In this document: in pieces, positions 48,951 through 61,129 of the stretch | Layout of the letters: every line of letters starts with the position of its first letter | How positions within the stretch are numbered: position 1 is the first letter of the stretch | From: Paraphysomonas bandaiensis | Lineage: Eukaryota > Protista > Chrysophyceae | Length of the DNA stretch: 64,000 nt | Assembly (NCBI GenBank): GCA_965644295.1 | Contig: CBFFRP010000141.1 | Span: 62,001-126,000 of the forward strand | Reading direction: 5' to 3' | The notes under the pieces: model-generated | What the model was told of the DNA's origin: nothing | Databases searched by the model: none | What the model saw: the letters and a program-made list of their open reading frames with translations, nothing else | Program-made: the position numbers and the translations under genes

Positions 48951-51330
48951 ATGATTAACACCATGACTGATCCACCGCCCGCACTATCTTCAGGCGGAAG
49001 GGATGATGACTCCATGTTTACCTCCCGATCGATTGTATCGTACAGCTCAAGTTATACTCGAAGCAGTCGCCGATCTAAACGAAACCTATTGAGCAGCAGT
49101 GCGAGTTCACTGAATACTAAAATACGCGACGATAATGTTTCTCTGAGGAGTGTGGAAGAGGGTTACGCTGCGATGTCCAATTTTCTTAAAGGTGACGATG
49201 ATAAGCGCGAATCTGTAAGTGATTTAATAGGTCAACGTATCAATCTGGACGATTGTTTAAAACTTAAAGCTGCTGCTAAATTAAGAATTCGTAATTCGAA
49301 GCGTGTTATTCGAAGTGACCTGTTCACTTCTCCAACTGCCGAGTCACCATATTTTGATGAATCAAGTTTCAGTCAGGCATTCACCATGTCCACAGTTAGC
49401 CTAACAAAAGGTGGCGTCTTTGGCGAGGATGAGACACTGGGGTCTATCAAAACATTACACAAGAAGGCCAGTCCATGTAAACCTCAGACTAAGAAAGGGC
49501 GACCAAGATCTCGTAGTCCTGATAATAGTGCGGCTGCTGAGCCTACGTTTTTGACTGGTCCGAAAGAGAGTCAATCTGACAAAGTATCTATTACCGCACA
49601 ACAAACCAAAAAGTTGGATCAATCTAAGCAAAAGGCGAGTAGTAAACCACTCATTAAACGAGCTACATCGCCACTTCGAAATACTCATTTACCGAGAAAG
49701 CGAGAAATGCCACCGGTAGATATGAATGTGCAGTCTATAAACCGTGAGGTATCCAGCTTACAGCCTGTTCAAATCCAGCGCTCTCGTAGTCCATCCCCTC
49801 CAGCCACGGCAATGGGAGATAACACATCCATTCATGGGAGCGTGGCTTCTGTGTCTCATATGTCACATATATCCCGCTTATCTCAAGGAACAGGGTATTC
49901 CACTCACACTGAAAATACGCGTGAAGAACGGCCTCGTGCGGTACCCCCGCTAGCTCAGAAACACACCCATTCGAAAGCTTATTTTGATGAGCTAGCGGAA
50001 CGACAACTGTCGTGGCTAATGGGTGTAGAAGCCAAGAATCGATTAGCTAAGAAGACGCTAGAAGAGCAGCACAATCGCGAGGTACTGTGTGTGTATTGTT
50101 TGCTATTCACGCAAGTTGTATCTTCATAGAACTCTATGATAAGTATTGAAACTACGAATTGGTCACCTCATTAACAGTATATCTGCGTAGTTGAGAATGG
50201 GCCCTGATATCAAAAAAGCACAGCAAAGTTGGGAACGACTGAAGAAAACAGCAGCCGCTAGACTGCCGAAGCTAGAAGCTAAGCCTGATGTATGTGTTGC
50301 TAAATGCTGCAGTATCTGTGATAGCAGATTCTCTAATTTATCGTTTTTATTAAATTGAGTTCGTGTGATTTGCATTCATTTTTATTTATATATTCTAGGC
50401 TCTGAGTGAAACATCGGTTAAGATAGATGAGAAAATGTCGATGAAGTTGAATGAGCTAACAGTAAAACTTGAGCGACTCAGTATGATGCGCAAAATTAAT
50501 GAGAAACAGCCGACTAAGAAGTCTCATCGCTATGCCGGACGCGCAATTTCACCAGATAGTATGTCAGGATCGGCAACCTGTCATGATGAGAAACTATCTT
50601 CTGAAGCAGTAGAAACTACAACGCGGTCAAGTGACGCTGACACAGCTGGGTTCTCAGTGGAAACAACTCAAGTTTCAAATGATATCTTGCATAAACAATT
50701 GACGACCATGCAGTATGGCGGTGAAGTAGATGTTGGTAATTCATGGGGTGAGAATATCGAATGTACAGAAAGTATTGACAATGATCCTTTACCCATGCAA
50801 AATAATGATGATGGTACCATGTCGGTTTTGTCACGTAGCTCTTACGGAGATGACGACATATTTGACAATGAAGCTGAACTTAATGACCGCGCGGCTGATG
50901 TAGTTCTGCCATCTATTGAGCTTGAAAATTCATCGAAACAAGATAAAATATTTGGTATTCCTGTGTACGTGGTCGATAATCCTGCTGACCCTGAAGATAC
51001 ACCTCGACTGGCCCCCGACTTATTTTATGATCCTGTCGATGAAGCAAGCTTAGGACTAGACAAGACTACTGTAAGCGAACTAATGAATGGATTGGAGACA
51101 AATCGGTCGGATGAGAGTGATTACGAAGATCATTGGGATAAGGCAAAAGCCAGAGCGAAGATTGCTGTTAGTCCGACGAAAAGTTTGTCTTTCGAAACGT
51201 GAGTTAACATTCATTGGAATTGTACTCTGATGAAGGCGTATATTTCGCATTTTTGGAGATAAGTTCGGTATCTAATTCGTTTCTCTTGCCCTCTTTGGAG
51301 AGTACTCCAGTAAAAGGGTCATGGGAGTAG
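48951..51330 (+). CDS. Hypothetical Ser-rich disordered protein, multi-exon
   Basis: ORFs 48918..50129 and 50435..51202 are linked by a short exon at ~50191-50290. No recognisable domain. Confidence 0.6.
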
Positions 51331-52047
51331 GCTAAGATTATATTCGTAAATTGAATTATTGCAATCCTGCTATACTGCTATACTATAAAGAGTATCTTAA
51401 GTGAGATATATTATTGAGCGCTATCAATATGATAGTGGTTTTATCTCGTCAATATAAATTATGGGATTGACCTCGTCTAAATAGTACTGTTTACTAGCCT
51501 ATCCTATATCTTTAGTCAAGTAACTTTATATATTCACCCCCGTTTTTTACCCGTTACAACTACGAGTTGGTTTCACCTATTGCATAATGGATATCGTGTC
51601 AAACAGCAAAACTCGACACTACATATTTATGAACAATGGGCAGTAGTACGTCCAAGCCAGTGCAAAAGGGCTCAGGTGGGGAATTCAGCAATCACGAAAA
51701 AAAGAAGTAGAAGAATGGAAAGGTTGTAGATAAGACACGGTTATAGGCCCTTCAATCCTTCATCACAACCCTATTCATTGTGCTGTACTCTGTACATACA
51801 ATTCAACGATGCTTTTGCCACATATCTAGGGATACAGCTAACTTTGCATATTGGCATACATTTTTCCACAACAAGTTATAGGTCACTCTATCCATGCATA
51901 CTGCAAACTATTCGAAGAGAGCTATATTATATATATATATTCGTGTCAGAGAGCTACGAATCGTATACATATAAAGATTTTTAGTACACTAGACGGTCAA
52001 AGAAAATATATGGCATGAGCATTTGGTTTTCTTGGTTTTCTTATTTA

Positions 52048-54068
52048 CTAACAGTAGCCACACCAATGCCACCAGTAACCAACGAGTGACATATATATAC
52101 ATGCCAATTGTAAACACTCCACACTGATAGACTTCCATAGTTGCATACGGCATCCTGTTCTGATTTATTCCAAATGTTTCAAGTTTCTAAATCGACACTG
52201 TCTGCAGTACTACTTATCCCAATAGTATATGTGCATTTTGCTCATTTTCGAGAGCCTACTGGTCAAACACATAAACTCCTGAGGAGTCCTCATGTGCATA
52301 TTGAGTGGAATGCATGTTCATTTCCAAGTCTTGGGGCACGTGATTCTTGCAGCAGCACTGGCACATAAAACAGCACGAGCAGACGCAGTTGGTGCGAGTA
52401 CCCCACTGACGGATATCTGGAAGACCAAGGACGGGAGGCTAATAAATAAATTACATTCCAATAGGCAAACAAATACATTTCATATACATTGCAACCCCAT
52501 CTGGCCAAATTTCCCTACCTGTCCAGCCAAAATTCTCTGGTGAATGTCAATCTTCCCGTTTCCTGCACTGGCTTGCTCTGCTCGCACTTGGAAAGACAGG
52601 TGGCGTGCATACGCCACTCCTCCTACAAAAAAGAGAACTGCTCCTACGAAGCCCAAGATACCCAGGCTAGAATTCGCGTTTTCCCCAATTGTAAGGAGGA
52701 AATTGAAGCTTCCATGCACCAGCCAAGGCACAAATAATATAGGGAAAACAACTGAACGAAAAAGCATCACGCGATTAAAACAACGCATTGAAGCAGCAAA
52801 TGGGCGGTGACGTCGCCAGATAAACTTGTAAAACGAAATATACTTTGATAGAGCATGTCATACCTTCAGATAGAGCCTGACAATTGGGGGCAATCGGACG
52901 TCTTTTAGCTATTCCGAGACCTATGATGGCCCCAGTAGTACAATGCAATGGAACAGATAGGAAGGCTCGCACAATGGCAGTAATATATCCATCTAATTGC
53001 GATAGTACCACATCAGCATAGGAAATGGAGAAAACATAAACACGAATATCGTATAGAAATACAATAATATAACACATTTTCTCACAAAATAGAGTACAAT
53101 AACTGTGGTACTACAAGTAATTACGTATACACAAGTTCTGCACTACAGGCATATAGCAGCATGCAATAAAGCACGGTGATCTACTGAGCATGGTAACGGT
53201 TAATATATATTACACTATGACAGTGTTAGCGAAAACAGTGTAGTATACTACGACGTATATTACCACACGAGGTCTACTGACGTAGAATGACACACAAAAG
53301 ACTCACATGAAAATACGTAAAGAATATTCTCTGCTGTGGCAAATCCGCACCCAGCGCATATTCCATATACCATCATTGACCGCCAGTCCTCTGTTAAACT
53401 GATATGGCATGGTTACAAATTAGTTGTTAAGCAGCCTTATTAAGCACTGCATAAACTTGCCTGCTATTGGTTATTCTAGATATTACTTTGAACTTTACAA
53501 CTTCCTCACAAAATCCAGCAAAAAAGTAGTGCTGGATCAGGTACGCCAAAATACAGAGACCACACAATCCCCCATCTTTGAGTTGCGGTGCAATTGCGAG
53601 AACCCAAATGAGGTCCCATATCAAGAGTGGAATCATCCACATTATTGTTTCAAGAAAGGACACTGTTCAACAAATTCATTTTTTAATATTAAAATACTGT
53701 AGAATTATACCTATCATTTGTCCCTGCGTGACCTGATTTTTGTAGTAGTGCCTCGTGAGGGCTAAGATGACGACTCCTATTGAAGTTCATTAGATAGGCA
53801 GAAAGCTAAAAAAAGCCATACCGGGCGTAACAGCAGCTATAAGTAGTCCTAAAGGGGGGGCAGCAAGTAAAAAAGCACCACCAAGGGCCAGTCCAATGAT
53901 GATAGTGAATGCACACCCCAAGCAATACGACGTACATTCCCAATCACAAAAAGACGATGGCTCGATGGGAACAGGTGGACGATCGGCGAGAGTTGACCCT
54001 TGTCTATTGTTCATGGCAATTACTCGCTCTGGTGCAATAGGAGTGTGGTGATAAGTATTATCGTCCAT
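52048..54068 (-). CDS. PrsW-family (M82) intramembrane protease, multi-exon
   Basis: AGFCEEVVKF, GFATAEN, RAFLSVPLHCTTG and LVHGSFNF match the PrsW motifs EExxK, FxxxEN, H and HxxxN. Confidence 0.85.
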
Positions 54069-54830
54069 AGTTTACTCGTTCAATAATATTGTTCTGCGAT
54101 GCGATAAGTTTACAGCCAACTACACATACACAACAAACTGAAAGCGCTTTAATTCAGTCAGAAAATAAATATCTAACTCTTATCGTTACACTGTTCTTGT
54201 CTTGTCTCTGGATGCAGAAGGAAGGAGGGTTAACTAAGACACACAGTATATTGTGCTGATTGATAATAATCACGCTCTCCTCCATCTTGTCGGAGATACA
54301 TATATAGGCAGTATATGTACACTACACCAAGACATGCATGTATCCTTCCAAACCCCTCCGCGATCACGATATTCGGATTATTTAGAAAAAAATTCGAGAA
54401 TTTGGCCCTTCGATACACTTTTTCTGCTACGACTTTGTAGAAACTGCAGGGTATGGTGTGGACAAAAAAGACCTTGCTGTCGTGTTGTACAATACTGAAA
54501 TTCTGGAAACACAATACGAAGAAAGTTGTATATACTACATGGCTGTATACCGGTATGGTATACCGTATACGCACAAGGACGCAGGATATAGATATGTACA
54601 CTACATACTACAGGACCAAATGCCGGTTCCGTCCGTACACTCTATTCCGGTATGTGCGTACCTGTAGAGTGGATCGAGTGGTCGATAACTTCACATCCAC
54701 ACATACATACACACTCCAAAAACATGAAGCTGGAATATAGATACATCTGCAGTATTAGTTCACGTTATCTCTCTTGACGTGAGTAACTACCATTATATCT
54801 CTCCAGTGCTAGTATTGTTGGTTGTGAACC

Positions 54831-56906
54831 ATGACCAAGCCTATCCCTGGCGAGTCCAAGGAGGAGTACACGAGGAGGAAGCTGCTCAAGAGTCAGCTGA
54901 ATCCAGTGGCAGACTTTATCCTGAGCATAGTGATGCTGTCGTTGAGCCCCTTCATCATGCTCTTCGCCATGATACACGACAAGCTCATGTTTAAGTTCCT
55001 CAACAAGACCTATATCTATAACGTGAGTTGGGAGGACCCTCGTATGGATCAGAGAGTGTTCGATCTCAATGAGTCCGATCATGTTATCACTATCGCATCA
55101 GCGGGATGTAATGTACTCGACTATATCATTGAGGGTGCTAGAGTGACTGCAGTCGACTTCAACTCTTGTCAGATTGCTCTCACGGAGATCAAGAAAGTTG
55201 CCATCATGAACATTGATTTTGAGCAGTTCTTTGAAATCTTTTCCAAATCCAACATGGAGCTCCTCCGTGAGCTGTACCCCTCCAAGATTCGCCCTCATCT
55301 GACGGCTGCTTCTAGAGAGTTTTGGGATGATGGTGTGCATAGAATTAAGTCCTTCATGTATTCGGGCACCTCTGGTAACATGTCTTATGTACTCTTCCGC
55401 TGGATACTACCTATTTTCGGTCTTGGTTTTATCCGTCGTGATCTGGTCGCTGGCACTACACCCGAAGCCCTTCGCAACAAACTCGCTCAGTGCGAGTATC
55501 GTCTCCGATCTCTGGCGTGGATTATGGACAATATTCTTCTCCGCGGTGGGTGCTGCTTGGCAGGTGTCCCAGAACGTCAGATGGCTCTTGGGCTACATCG
55601 CCCCAACAACCTCGCCATGGTAATTGAGCGTATATTCTTCAATACTGACTTGGTAAACGATAACTATTTCTACTCCGGTTATATTCTTGGATACTACCAA
55701 CCCCACAACTGTCCTAGATATCTAAAGAAGGAAAACTACATGAAGATGCGCAAGCATTTGAATGCTGGCAAACTTCATCTCGTGCACGGTACTATGCTTC
55801 AGGCAATTGACAATGTCAAGACTGACATCACTGTGGCCTCCCTTCTAGACCACATGGATTGGATGACTGATCGCATGATTAACGAGGAGATTACCCACTT
55901 AGTCAGGAAAATGGACCCTGTGCGCGGGAAGATATTCTGGCGCACATTTGCTGATGATGTTCACTCCGCTCCCTTGGCTTGGCTGGAGCCTGTTAAAGTG
56001 GATGACAGTGATGACCGTGTGGGCATGTACTGGACCACTTGGATTGCTAACCTGAAAGACTGTAAAATTGCCTATGAAGAAAGAATCGACACGAACCAGT
56101 CGAAGGGACTAATATCTGATTTGTGGACCGGGCTGAAAGTTATATCTTTTCCCTTTCTAAAGCCCTTGATTGCCAGCTCCATCAAGGCCACAGGACATGC
56201 AAAGGATATGGAGTCATTTTACCGCTACCAAAAGGAAGGGTATGATGCATTCCGTGAGGGATTGCTTCATGCCAGGCCTGTGCTAATGGAGTCCTTTCCT
56301 TTAAAGAAAGAGGGCAACATGGTTTGGGTCGATGTTGGTGGTGGGACTGCTCGCAATCTCGAGTTTTTCCCTGTCGATGTCATTCGTAAGTATTTCAAGA
56401 AAATAGTTGTGGTGGATATCTCCGCCTCATTGCTGGAAATCGCTCAGAAAAGAATTGACGCCATGGGCCTCGGTGATATCGTCTCCGTCGTTGAGGCCGA
56501 TTTTACTGATGTCTCCTGCTTTTCCAAACTACCTCCTGCCGGTACTGTGGATGCAGTTACCATGTCGTACTCGTTCTCTATGATTCCTAATCAGCAGGGT
56601 GCCATGACCAACGCTGCTAAACTTATTAAGGACAAGGGACAAGGAATAGTTGCAATTGCCGACTTTTTTCTTGAGGGTAATTTCGATGATTGCCTACCCC
56701 ACTTTTCTCGTAAGGTCAGAAAAGTTGAGAGCAAATTACACAAAGCTTGGTTTGCCATGGACCACGTTCATCTTTTGGGCGAAAAGCAGTTGCGTATGGG
56801 GGAGCCAATGATGGAGCGCATTTGGGACAACCGTTTCCGCGGCCAGGTGCCGTTCATGCCTTTTTTCACTCCTTACCACGGTGTCGTCATAATGCAGAAG
56901 AAGTAG
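54831..56906 (+). CDS. BTA1: Betaine lipid (DGTS) synthase, BtaA(DUF3419)-BtaB(methyltransferase) fusion
   Basis: N-half has YNVSWEDPRMD, ASAGCNVL and LLDHMDW (BtaA-like). C-half has FYRYQKEGYDAFREGLLHAR, WVDVGGGTARNLE, MSYSFSMIP and IADF (BtaB-like). Single 691-aa ORF. Confidence 0.92.
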   Translation: MTKPIPGESKEEYTRRKLLKSQLNPVADFILSIVMLSLSPFIMLFAMIHDKLMFKFLNKTYIYNVSWEDPRMDQRVFDLNESDHVITIASAGCNVLDYIIEGARVTAVDFNSCQIALTEIKKVAIMNIDFEQFFEIFSKSNMELLRELYPSKIRPHLTAASREFWDDGVHRIKSFMYSGTSGNMSYVLFRWILPIFGLGFIRRDLVAGTTPEALRNKLAQCEYRLRSLAWIMDNILLRGGCCLAGVPERQMALGLHRPNNLAMVIERIFFNTDLVNDNYFYSGYILGYYQPHNCPRYLKKENYMKMRKHLNAGKLHLVHGTMLQAIDNVKTDITVASLLDHMDWMTDRMINEEITHLVRKMDPVRGKIFWRTFADDVHSAPLAWLEPVKVDDSDDRVGMYWTTWIANLKDCKIAYEERIDTNQSKGLISDLWTGLKVISFPFLKPLIASSIKATGHAKDMESFYRYQKEGYDAFREGLLHARPVLMESFPLKKEGNMVWVDVGGGTARNLEFFPVDVIRKYFKKIVVVDISASLLEIAQKRIDAMGLGDIVSVVEADFTDVSCFSKLPPAGTVDAVTMSYSFSMIPNQQGAMTNAAKLIKDKGQGIVAIADFFLEGNFDDCLPHFSRKVRKVESKLHKAWFAMDHVHLLGEKQLRMGEPMMERIWDNRFRGQVPFMPFFTPYHGVVIMQKK

Positions 56907-57162
56907 AACTTCATTTCACTTTGACAACATCCTATATTCTGCACTTCTACTTTGTGACTTCATTTGTCATTCTTACTGCCACTTTACCAAACAGAAATAA
57001 TACTTCGAGTGTGTTGTTTCTATTTATGTTAGCGTTGGAGTGATTTTATATTGCAGCAATGTCGTTGCATCACAGCGTCGGCTATTCTAGCATTGTTTAC
57101 TATTTTAGTAGTAATTAAGAGAGATCGTGATATTCTATAATTTGTTGGAGCACTATACTCCA

Positions 57163-57808
57163 CAGGGCCAGTCAAAAATATAGTGGATTGCAATATAAAT
57201 ATTGCAATTATTTATTCGTGCTTGATACAATATATTGATTATTTTTGTAGCAAAATTTGGGCTCGCAATATATTGCTCATGCTAGTGTGTCTTAGAAATT
57301 ATATGTGATTAATCATAAACGACTCTTCATAATCACATAACTCAACTACTATTATAACATCGAACAATTATGATAACTACCTGCTACGAAGAATACAGAA
57401 TACTATTCATGTTCAATATTACAAATTGTACTGTCTCTGTCAAGCTATTCACCAGATACCAGATTTTAAACTCCAAACTGTTTAAATTGATGATGTCATC
57501 CCCATACAAACATGTTTTTCTTATAACCTGTATAAGAATGCCAGTTTAAACAGTCAATAAGAACGAGGACGACAGTGACGAAGAGTTGGAACACTTAGAG
57601 TACTAGTTGCTGCATTTTCTTTGGGGTTTCATCATTATGTATGTTGTAACCTCTACTAACTAGTCACTACCGATGGAGCTCATTTCTTCTTCTTAGCGCC
57701 TAATATATTTCAATACATTGCAACACATTTAAAAATTATTATTGGTCTTGAAAATATTATCTTTATTATTTATTGCAATATATTTCAATGTAATGTTGAC
57801 TGGCCCTG
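57163..57808. mobile_element. Non-autonomous hAT-type MITE (646 bp)
   Basis: 13-bp TIRs CAGGGCCAGTCAA / TTGACTGGCCCTG. 8-bp TSD ATACTCCA vs ATACTTTA (6/8). CAATATATTG-like subterminal motifs. Confidence 0.8.
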
Positions 57809-59270
57809 ATACTTTAAATGTTTAGCATGACCAAGTAGCAGTTAAAAGTAGTGCAAGATCTACAGTTCTTATTCCATATTATTTATCAATTATTGAAAAT
57901 TGGGTTTGATAATAATTTAATGGTATGAGCGATAAACTGGCACCAGTCATTGCACGAGAGTTCGTTGAGAAAATGAATGATAACAACGAGGGGGTTGCTA
58001 TAGAGACAACGCCATGCCGGGAGTGTCCTGTATGAAAGCTATGGGTTATGGGTGGAGCAACCTCCCGCAGCATGCCATCTAACACGATGGATGAAAAGAT
58101 ATAGTTTTGGCTGCCCAGCGATTTGGTGATGCGATGGATAAATATGTTGAGCGTATCACCTGAATTGTAGAATGCATATCACTGGTTCGTTTTTCCCTTG
58201 TGGAAAGGTTGTTCAATGGAGCTAAGTTTGCTATGACTGATTTACATTTAGAATTACTTATGTTTTTACGCATGAGCCGTCGCCTCTGGAATGAACTGAC
58301 AGTTGGAGTAGCTATATTGACAGGTAATGTAGTTTAGTACTAAATAATTGCAATAATTGAAATTGAGACAGCAAGTAGGAATAATTGCGATTATAATTGA
58401 CTACAACCTGCGTCAATTAATTGATATGCAGCCCTGCTTAATTTAGCTAATAAACGGAAACCAGAAGTCACTGTTTGAGTGTTCTTCGAGAAAATAAATG
58501 AAAGCAGCGAAGACGTTACATCAGAGACTTGGCTATATAGTGAGTGCGTGAGTGCCCTGTAGAAAATAATGGTAAATACATATTGGTTACAATATCCCCA
58601 ATATGCAATGGAGTTCTCCTTCAGCTGCTCTCGACCAGCAGTTACCAAGTCTCTATGCACGCCCCAATCGGCCCCTTCCGAACTACGACTCCCGCAGCTC
58701 TAAACAGGAAGCCTTCATCAGCATGACGGTATGGTCCGATTAAATGGTTGAACTCTTCAACCTGTCGAGCACAATCGATAGCAATCCATCACATGAGGAA
58801 ACACTCTCATCAATATAAGCATAACGACACGACTCCCGATCACTTGCACCCCCATCAATACCATCTAGACACATAACTGAATCATCGTGCTCACGCTCCA
58901 TCCACACGCGATAGTAGACATCATTCTTCTTATTATGCGGGTCTCTTCAGAGGGTTCATACATACATACATACATGAACCACAATCCACCCCAACATATT
59001 CACGGATCCAAGTCCGTCAGTCATCTTTGAACTTTTCGTCTTCTTTCGTTTCTTGAAAGTTCGCCTTAAAACCCCCGTTTTTTGTAATCACTATCTTCGA
59101 AAGTGTGGGACAAGTCACTGTACATGCTGTAGATAGGAATACAGTACGGTAGGTCGTGGGACGCTAACCTTCACGGGCACATGAACAGAAGAGACGGAAG
59201 AGTATCGCAGTGCAACCAGTTGACGCTCACTCACTCGCTCACTCGCTCACTTGTATCGTCAGGCAGATAA

Positions 59271-60437
59271 ATGCGCAGGTATTTGGGTAGAAATCGGGGC
59301 ACTATTTACACTGCTGTTAGATTCCAGAGTGGCCAAGGGTTTTTTGGGTATTTGAATCAATACAACAAATGGATACGGTACGGGCTGCTGGCTTCCCCCT
59401 TTATAGCATGTGGATTAGTAACTACATGCGTTGTTGTGAATTCCACTGTCCGAGAGACTATGGAACAAAATTTCCCTAAGTACGGTATGTCTCCCCTGTG
59501 TATCGAGTGTCTGTATCATCATCCTATTGTGCTAGTTGAATTCTTGAGAGAGCATATTGGGTTTGATGATGAAGATCTTGTAGAGGATGCCCGCATTGCT
59601 GCGGTTGAGCAGCTATTGAGAAAACGTAAGCTTACTATATATAATTTTGTGATACGGCGTAACTCTGTTTTGCAGCTGTCAATATTAAGGTTTTTATGTC
59701 CAATGGAGCCGTGGTTGATTTACATAATATCGATGGCCAACGTAGTATTTTTGAAGTATTGAAAGACGTTGAAACTTTGCAATGCGATACTGTTACTAAC
59801 TATACTTTTGTGGATGATATTAATCCCGAAATTGGTAGCACTGCTATCGAAACTTCGTCCTGCGACACCGGTTCTAACGATACGTACGCGGATGGTGCTG
59901 TGAAGCCCAGCAGCAACATTACTTCTGTTGTTATGAAGGGAGAAGAATTTGTGCAGTCAGCATGGGATGTACCATTGTGTGATATGCAAACCAGTCAAAG
60001 CGAAGACACCTCTTCCGTGCTTCTGACGCCCCTCAGTCGCGATATTATCATGCAAAGGTTTTTGAATTATGCACCATTCACAACCCACAATATGAAGAGA
60101 TATGGCTTATTAAAGTATGCCGAGGTATATTCTCTTCCATTTAGTTGATGTACATGATATTATTCCAGCATGGAGAAAAGTCTTCCGTAGTGAGGACTCA
60201 GTCATACGGTAACCATAAGGTTTATGTAAAAGAGGTATGTTTGCGTATTTTTTGCGAGGAGTGATGTATTTCTGCTCGCAGTCGATAGCGAAACTAGAGA
60301 CGCGATTGCTGCAATATGAAGCAGAGATGAGGATGGGCTCGAGAGACATGGATTCAGTAATGGCAGATATTCGTCGCACCAAAGCTGAAATCGTGCAACT
60401 CCGAAGAAAACATTTGAACACATTCTACTACTTTTGA
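59271..60437 (+). CDS. Hypothetical multi-exon protein with one TM segment and a C-terminal coiled coil
   Basis: Overlapping ORFs joined by GT-AG introns. Basic N-terminus, hydrophobic segment and terminal coiled coil IAKLETRL..LRRKHLN. Confidence 0.6.
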
Positions 60438-61129
60438 GCGAGTATGACACTTGCTGTAACTAATATAGTATCACACTTATTGCTGAAGTACTCAATGCGA
60501 TCTTATATAGATGCGAACTTATACAGTCAATAGTCAATATATTTTAGTTTCACTACTATTATTCCTTCACTAGCTTCAGTTAGTTCTAATAATGGTGTTT
60601 AGTAGCTGTCAGCTATCAATACCCGTTAGTTGTAAACTACGTATTTCCAAAATATCGTCTATGCAGTGAAGATTGGACTAGACTAAACCTTACTTCAATT
60701 TTATAGATTACCAATACTACCCATGCTGTTATCTCGAGTACATGTATATTGTATATTGCACCTTAATTACCCATCGCTAATCCCTTTGTTGTCAGGCTTC
60801 AATACATACTTCTGCAGTACTCTATACTCCATGATATTTTGACTAAAAATATAGTTTTCTTGCACAACTACGTAGATACATCACATCGCCAACCAGAATT
60901 TCACCGTCGATTGCACTCGAGAAAAAGTAGATTGTATATATTAAAATTAGGAAAAGCAACGAGGTATAAAGAATAAGAAAATCTCACTCTTACGTTACCT
61001 ATGGTTATTTCTTTCCTCATTACAACACCTACAATACGTTGATACGTACATCTAAGCATTATTATCTCCTAGCCCAATGACGTATCTACCAATCACCTGA
61101 CCTGCTCCACATAGCACGATCCCTCCTTC

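Noticed and set aside
22806-56906. Lipid-metabolism gene cluster (desaturase, ABC1 kinase, BTA1)
   Set aside because: The genes are far apart, interleaved with unrelated genes, and share no single pathway.
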